The notes below the pieces were generated by a model that was given only the letters and a program-made list of their open reading frames with translations, searched no databases and was not told the DNA's origin. Both the position numbers and the translations under genes were made by a program. From assembly GCA_001791645.1 (NCBI GenBank), contig MGFA01000019.1, positions 29,774 to 93,773 on the forward strand: 64,000 nt of DNA, written 5' to 3'. Of this stretch, positions 58,809 through 64,000 are shown one piece after another. This DNA is from Candidatus Uhrbacteria bacterium RIFOXYB12_FULL_58_10. Lineage in GTDB: Bacteria > Patescibacteriota > Patescibacteriia > UBA9934 > GWF2-40-263. How positions within the stretch are numbered: the first letter of the stretch is position 1; every line of letters starts with the position of its first letter.

Positions 58809-60169
58809 TTTTCTGCTTTCTCAATCTTAACATCCACGACCTGTCCCACCAACTCCTTGCCGCCCGGAAAGCGTACGAGTTTCATTTCGCGCGAATTGCC
58901 AAGACAGGTTCCCGGAAGCCTGGCCAAATTCTCGATGATATTTCCCGGCATGGCAAGCATCTCGTCCGTTGGCGCGGGCGACTCATGGCGTTCCACAAGC
59001 ACGCTGACCGTCTTTCCGACGTACGCCTGGTTCTTTTCGTACACGATGCGCTCCTGGATCTCCTGCAAATGTCGCCAACGCCATTTCTTCTCGTCGCGAT
59101 CGACGTCGTCCTTGAACGCGCGCGCGGCTGCCGTCCCGGAACGGGTCGAGTATCGCGCCGTATACGAGATATCGAACCGCGCGCGCTCGTAAAGCTCGGC
59201 GGTTTTCAAATACTGCCCGCGCGTTTCCCCGCAAAATCCGACGATGATATCCGTGCCAATCGCGATATCCGGAATCCGCGCGCGCAGGCGATCAACAACG
59301 TCAAGAAATTGCGCGGCCGTGTGTCGACGATTCATGCGCCGCAGTACCTCATCGTCGCCGGCTTGGACCGGAAGGTGAATGTAATTGAGATGCGCCGGAA
59401 GCGTCATGGCGTCAATCACCTCGTCGGTCATGTGCAACGGATGCGGCGCCGTGAAATGAAGACGCGTGATTCCCTTGACCTGGTTCACCTCCCATAGGAG
59501 CGCGGCAAAGTGGTCCGCGTATGGATTGCCGGACGAAAACTGCGACGGGTCCGTTGCGCGGAACGAATTGACGGTCTGGCCGAGCAGCGTCACTTCCGCG
59601 CATCCGTGCGCCGCGAGATCGCGCACTTCTCCCATGATGTCCGCCACCGGCCGGTTCTTCTCAAGCCCGCGCGCGAACGGCACCACGCAGTAGGTGCAGA
59701 ACTTGTTGCAGCCCGTCTGAATGGTCACGAATCCCTGGCGGAACGTTCGCCGTTCCGGGATGACCTTAAGGTAGTCCTCGCCGATATCGGAACCGTTCAC
59801 GAGCTCCGGCCGAATCTCCGCGATCCACCGTGGAAGCTGTACCACGTCCGCTGTCGGAAAATACAAATCCGCCGTTTGCATCTTCTTGCGAATCGCGCCG
59901 TCGCGGTCGCGCCCTGGCAGGCACCCGGTCACGCCGACGATGAGCTCCGGACGCGTTTCCTTGAGCGCGGCAAACTCCTTGAGGAATCCGAACACGCGGT
60001 CCTCAGCGCTTTGCCGGACCGAACAGGTATTGATGAGAATCAGGTCCGCTTCCTCTCGCACGTCGGTCGATACGAAACCGACGCCCGCCAAAATGGCGTC
60101 CATGCGCTCGGAATCATTCTTATTCATCTGGCAGCCGAGCGTGATCAGGTGATATTTCGGTGTCGCCAT
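58772..60169 (-). CDS. miaB: tRNA-i6A37 methylthiotransferase (radical SAM).
   Basis: MTTase N-terminal CQMN, radical SAM GCNKFCTYCVVP, C-terminal TRAM domain. Confidence 0.9.
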   Translation of the reverse strand: MATPKYHLITLGCQMNKNDSERMDAILAGVGFVSTDVREEADLILINTCSVRQSAEDRVFGFLKEFAALKETRPELIVGVTGCLPGRDRDGAIRKKMQTADLYFPTADVVQLPRWIAEIRPELVNGSDIGEDYLKVIPERRTFRQGFVTIQTGCNKFCTYCVVPFARGLEKNRPVADIMGEVRDLAAHGCAEVTLLGQTVNSFRATDPSQFSSGNPYADHFAALLWEVNQVKGITRLHFTAPHPLHMTDEVIDAMTLPAHLNYIHLPVQAGDDEVLRRMNRRHTAAQFLDVVDRLRARIPDIAIGTDIIVGFCGETRGQYLKTAELYERARFDISYTARYSTRSGTAAARAFKDDVDRDEKKWRWRHLQEIQERIVYEKNQAYVGKTVSVLVERHESPAPTDEMLAMPGNIIENLARLPGTCLGNSREMKLVRFPGGKELVGQVVDVKIEKAEKWILDGQKSSLS

Positions 60170-60223
60170 AGCGCCGCCACCCTACCAAACCAACGGCTTC
60201 ATGGCAATAAAAAATCCGGCTCG

Positions 60224-60895
60224 CTACTTGCGAAACCGGTCGAAGAGCCTGGGTGATCTGGGAGGAGGAACGGGCGGCGCTGAAACGGGCGGCTGTTTGC
60301 GTCCGGCGACGAGGACGTTCCCCTCCACGAGACAGGTGGCAAACACCGCGCACAGGTAGGAGCAACGCGCGTCATGCAGAAACGCGCTGCGATTGGCGTA
60401 TGCCGTATGGAGCGCGCGCTCGAACTCGGCCAGCGGACCGTCCGTCCAGGCCTCGCTGGCTCGCCGGCCGGCACGAAGCGCGAGATTGCGCGTCGGCTTG
60501 AGTTTGCGGCAAACGTAGGCGTCGTTTTCGTCCTCCGACCGCGTCATGCGCACCAGGACTTCCGCGCGAATGCGCCGGCAGGCGCTCGCGTCCCAGAAGG
60601 CCGCGCTGCGAGCCGCGAGCAGATGCCGGAGCATCAGCTCCGCGTCCGCGCGCTGAAGCGGCATGCGCTCGCCGACATGGGTTGGCGTTGACAGCTCGGA
60701 AAAGAGCGAGCCGATATTCGTCTTCCACGAATCCGACGCCGGCTCTTCGCCCAGCCGCGTTCCATCGTCGAGCACATGGCCCGACCCGAACTCGATAACT
60801 TGACCTCCCATCGACTCCTCCATCCCCGCCCACCGGTTCATTGGGATAACCACCCTAACCGATCCGTGCCGTTTCGTCAAGGTTCGATAGCGCTC
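60224..60895 (-). CDS. Hypothetical protein (about 224 aa, start uncertain) with no recognisable domain.
   Basis: GC3-biased ORF. An upstream start at 60970 would overlap the divergent TATAAT promoter at 60921-60926. Confidence 0.5.
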   Translation of the reverse strand, partial: ERYRTLTKRHGSVRVVIPMNRWAGMEESMGGQVIEFGSGHVLDDGTRLGEEPASDSWKTNIGSLFSELSTPTHVGERMPLQRADAELMLRHLLAARSAAFWDASACRRIRAEVLVRMTRSEDENDAYVCRKLKPTRNLALRAGRRASEAWTDGPLAEFERALHTAYANRSAFLHDARCSYLCAVFATCLVEGNVLVAGRKQPPVSAPPVPPPRSPRLFDRFRK

Positions 60896-60949
60896 CATTG
60901 GGTTCAAAAACATTTTGTGATATAATTTATCGTGATTAATCGCAATCCT

Positions 60950-62755
60950 ATGCCACGACGCGCCGAACAACCCTTTTCATCACACGCGGAAGCGGAACCG
61001 CCAAAATCTCGCAAACATGTTGACGCGACTAAAAAACTCCTTGGCATCAGGGAGATCAGGGGCAGAGACGCGGGCGCGGAACGCGTGTCCGTCGTCGATA
61101 ATTCCGGAAATGAACGGTTCGTGTCCATGTCGCGCGAAGAATTAAACAGGGCCGAGGCGCGCGCGGACAGGGACTTTGAGCGTACCGTTGCCGCGGTCAC
61201 GGCCGGCGCGAACGTTGACAGCGCCATGGCCACGGAGCTTTTTGGCGCGAACAAGGAAAACATCCTTGCCCTCGCCCGAAAGGAGGGTGACATCAAGGGA
61301 GCCATGTACAGGGTCATGGAAGACGCGATCGACGCGATGTCGGAATACGACCGACTCGTCGAGAAGGCCGTGACGGACTCCGGATACACCGGCATCGTCG
61401 CGGAAGGATTGCGCAACTCCTTGTTGGGCGAGCGCTCGCGCGTGTTCGGCGACGCATTCAGCCAATCTGCCGGACCGCGTGCCAAACGCAACTTGGAGAA
61501 TGCCGTTCGCGGAAAGGTTCTTGCGGAGGCATCAAGGCAGGTAAGCGCGCTTGCGGAAACGGTCGGCAAGCCAAAACGGGCGGACAACGTTTCTGACATT
61601 CTTTCGGATGTCCAAGTGCTGAAGAAAACCGAAAAGAGAATGAGAGAGAATCCGGCCGACGCATCGCTCCCGGGCCGAGTGAACGCAATCGACCGCATGA
61701 TCCAGCAAAACGTCGCGGAGTGGGCCGTCCAATACCTGACCGAAAATCCAAAGGCGTCTGCCGCCGCCGTCCTCAAGGAAGCAGAAGCGAATGGTCTTGA
61801 CGAATTTATCACTAGGCAAGACGTCACAAAGCTGAAACGCGGCGTCGCGGTCGACGAACTCCACGCGCCGGTGACCAAGGAGGAGCAAATGGCGGCGCTG
61901 GAAGCCCTGAAGCCAGAACTGATCGTCGAGCGCGTGCGTGCCGGAGCCGTCAAGGAAGGGCCGGGCGCGCCGCTCGAGCAGGCGATCGTGGACGATGGCA
62001 TCACATACGACCGACACTTGGACAAGCCAGGCGAGATCACCGAACGTCATGCGGCAGAACAGCGGGCAGAAGCAATCATCGCGCGAAACGAACGACGTCA
62101 ACGCAAGAAAAATCCGACGGCCATGGAGGATTATGACATGCCTGTCTTTACCGGCGAATCAAAGGTTCCTGACGTGTCCGACCTTCTCGAGGAGGAAGTA
62201 GCGCCCGCCAACAAGGGATTTCTGCAAGGCTTGGCAAAAACCGGACGCAAGGCACTGCTCGGCATGGCCCTTCTGTTTGGTCTGAAGGCCGGCTCTCCCG
62301 ACCAGCGACTTCCCCACCAGGACGACCAAGGTCCAGAGCGCGAAACCGCGTCGCTTCAGGAAGCCGTGGACGTTATGGCCGCGCCAACCGGCAGCGTGAT
62401 CGCCGACACGAAGGGAATGACCGGAGAACGAAATGATTCCCTGCTTGCGCCGGAGGCAAAGCCTTCTCGTGTCGATACGATCTTTGCGAAAGGCGACCCA
62501 CGCAATCTCGAACGTGCCCTCAAAAATCTTGACGAGGCCATGAATGAAGCGGGGCTCCCATCGAAGGCAGAATTTCTCAGGCTGAAGGCCGCGGAACGAA
62601 AGGCTAAAATCACGGAAATGAGAGAGCGCATGGAAGTCATGAAAGAGCTCTCACGAACGGATTCTCCGGCGATTTCGGCAATGAAGCGCGCCGAGCTGGG
62701 ACAAAAACTCGAAGATCATCAGCGATTTCTTGATCTCATGAAGAGTATTCGGTAA
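60950..62755 (+). CDS. Large hypothetical protein (about 601 aa), highly charged and predicted helical, with no recognisable domain.
   Basis: TATAAT at 60921-60926 upstream. Low-complexity E/K/R/A-rich sequence and coiled-coil-like stretches. Confidence 0.55.
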   Translation: MPRRAEQPFSSHAEAEPPKSRKHVDATKKLLGIREIRGRDAGAERVSVVDNSGNERFVSMSREELNRAEARADRDFERTVAAVTAGANVDSAMATELFGANKENILALARKEGDIKGAMYRVMEDAIDAMSEYDRLVEKAVTDSGYTGIVAEGLRNSLLGERSRVFGDAFSQSAGPRAKRNLENAVRGKVLAEASRQVSALAETVGKPKRADNVSDILSDVQVLKKTEKRMRENPADASLPGRVNAIDRMIQQNVAEWAVQYLTENPKASAAAVLKEAEANGLDEFITRQDVTKLKRGVAVDELHAPVTKEEQMAALEALKPELIVERVRAGAVKEGPGAPLEQAIVDDGITYDRHLDKPGEITERHAAEQRAEAIIARNERRQRKKNPTAMEDYDMPVFTGESKVPDVSDLLEEEVAPANKGFLQGLAKTGRKALLGMALLFGLKAGSPDQRLPHQDDQGPERETASLQEAVDVMAAPTGSVIADTKGMTGERNDSLLAPEAKPSRVDTIFAKGDPRNLERALKNLDEAMNEAGLPSKAEFLRLKAAERKAKITEMRERMEVMKELSRTDSPAISAMKRAELGQKLEDHQRFLDLMKSIR

Positions 62756-62767
62756 CCAAGGCAAGGA

Positions 62768-62798
62768 AAAAGACGCCCCGCTACGAGCGGGGCGTCTT
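62768..62798. terminator. Bidirectional rho-independent terminator: AAAGACGCCCCGC-tacga-GCGGGGCGTCTTT.
   Basis: 13-bp perfect stem flanked by A-tract and T-tract, between convergent genes. Confidence 0.75.
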
Positions 62799-64000
62799 TG
62801 ATTCCTCGAGCGCGCGGGCAACCAACTCGCCCGCCGGAATGAGAATGTCTTCTTCCTGTCCGAATACGTTTATCTTGAAGTCCCCTCCCTCGGCCTCCTT
62901 CGCGCCGATGACCACGGTCCAAGGAATCTTCATCATCGCCGCGGCGCGAATCTTCTTCCCCACCTTCTCGTCGGACGCGTCGAGCTCCACGCGCAGCCCG
63001 GCCTCCGCGAGACTCTCCCTCAGCTCCTTCGCGAACGGAACGAACGCGTCGCTCACGGTCGCGAGCCGAACCTGCGTCGGCGCCAGCCACATGGGGAATG
63101 CCCCGGCCGTGTGCTCGATCAGAATGGAGAGGAACCGCTCGATCGCGCCCATGATGGCCGCGTGGATCATGACGATGCGCTCATGCTCCCCGGCTTCATT
63201 GATACACGTGAGATCAAACCGGTCCGGCATGTTCACGTCGAGCTGAATCGTGGCGACCTGCCATTCGCGGCCAATCGAATCCTTGGCAAGAAAATCGAGC
63301 TTCGGCGCGTAAAACGCGGCCTCCCCCGGAGCCTCGACGAACTCAATCTTGTTTTCCTGCGCGACCTCCTTAAGGATTCGTTCTGCCTGATCCCAATGTG
63401 ACTGATCCCCAAGATATTTTTCAGGATGCGCCGGATCGCGCAAGGACAAGCGCAACCGAAGCGGAAGATTGAACGCGCCGTAGAACGCATGAACGATTTC
63501 CCAGATCTTTTGAATTTCTTCCTTGGCCTGGGAAATGCGACAGAACACGTGCGCGTCATCCTGCGTGAATCCGCGAAGTCGCGACAATCCGGCAAGTTCG
63601 CCTGTTTGTTCGTCGCGATAACACATGGTGGTGTTCGCGTACCGCTGGGGCAGTTCCCGATAGCTCCATTGCCGACGGGCGTAAATCTGTGTGTGATGCG
63701 GGCAATTCATCGGCTTCATCGCGAACTCATGGCCTTCGCGCGTCGTGATGCGAAACAGGTCGTTCTGATACTTTTCCCAATGCCCGCTCTTTATATACAA
63801 GTCTTTTTTCGTGATGTGCGGAATCTCGACGCGCTCGTACTCGCGCGCGTGGCGAAGTTTCCACACGAATGCGTCGAGGACGTTCCGCAAAACGGTCCCG
63901 CGCGGAGTCCAGAGCGGAAGTCCGGCCCCGACAAGCTCGGAGAACGTAAACAAATCGAGCGCCGGACCAAGCACCTTGTGATCGCGTTTCTTTGCCTCCT
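62781..64000 (-). CDS. thrS: Threonyl-tRNA synthetase, C-terminal part. The gene continues beyond the right edge.
   Basis: Class II aaRS core (FRITTREGHEFAMKPMNCPHH, motif 2/3) and C-terminal anticodon-binding domain. Confidence 0.85.
   Translation of the reverse strand, partial: EAKKRDHKVLGPALDLFTFSELVGAGLPLWTPRGTVLRNVLDAFVWKLRHAREYERVEIPHITKKDLYIKSGHWEKYQNDLFRITTREGHEFAMKPMNCPHHTQIYARRQWSYRELPQRYANTTMCYRDEQTGELAGLSRLRGFTQDDAHVFCRISQAKEEIQKIWEIVHAFYGAFNLPLRLRLSLRDPAHPEKYLGDQSHWDQAERILKEVAQENKIEFVEAPGEAAFYAPKLDFLAKDSIGREWQVATIQLDVNMPDRFDLTCINEAGEHERIVMIHAAIMGAIERFLSILIEHTAGAFPMWLAPTQVRLATVSDAFVPFAKELRESLAEAGLRVELDASDEKVGKKIRAAAMMKIPWTVVIGAKEAEGGDFKINVFGQEEDILIPAGELVARALEESKTPRS

Overview
This 64-kb window is a gene-dense, mostly minus-strand stretch of bacterial chromosome. 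GC content is moderately high and varies by gene, from about 48% to 75%. The domain repertoire suggests a streamlined, CPR/Patescibacteria-like bacterium; this is inference from content only. Supporting domains include Peptidase_C39-like, DUF3048, DUF2207, an archaeal-type UMP kinase, a PF04020 membrane protein and a compact glycolytic block. I recognise five blocks of housekeeping genes. (1) xseB-xseA, metK, a lexA-dinB SOS module, malic enzyme, uvrD and rppH-nrnA. (2) Glycolysis and respiration: gpmI, eno, pgk, ndh, gap. (3) Translation: tsf-rpsB, queA, rpmE-prfA-prmC, rplY, secE-nusG-rplK-rplA, gatB, miaA-miaB, thrS. (4) gyrB and a SEDS protein. (5) An unusually complete dTTP-synthesis cluster: dcd, dCMP deaminase, DHFR-thyA, dut, tmk. 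No rRNA, tRNA, CRISPR array or obvious transposase was seen. Many long ORFs on the opposite strand of real genes are artefacts of the high GC. The most unusual items are listed here. (a) A very GC-rich operon of two unknown proteins (ORF-A, 408 aa; ORF-B, 306 aa) with Shine-Dalgarno-led TTG/GTG starts and its own terminator, sitting between uvrD and rppH. (b) A LexA operator made of two GTTC-N7-GTTC direct-repeat boxes bracketing the lexA -10 element. (c) Downstream of lexA, an 83-aa ORF followed by a dinB that carries an apparent single frameshift. (d) A C9 homopolymer that separates a signal peptide from a DUF4015-like glycoside-hydrolase-like domain by a frameshift. (e) A truncated SPASM-domain radical SAM gene at the left edge. 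(f) Unknown genes inserted into the rplK-rplA cluster, which lacks rplJ and rplL. (g) A 400-bp convergent intergenic region with a plus-sense terminator but no convincing ORF.
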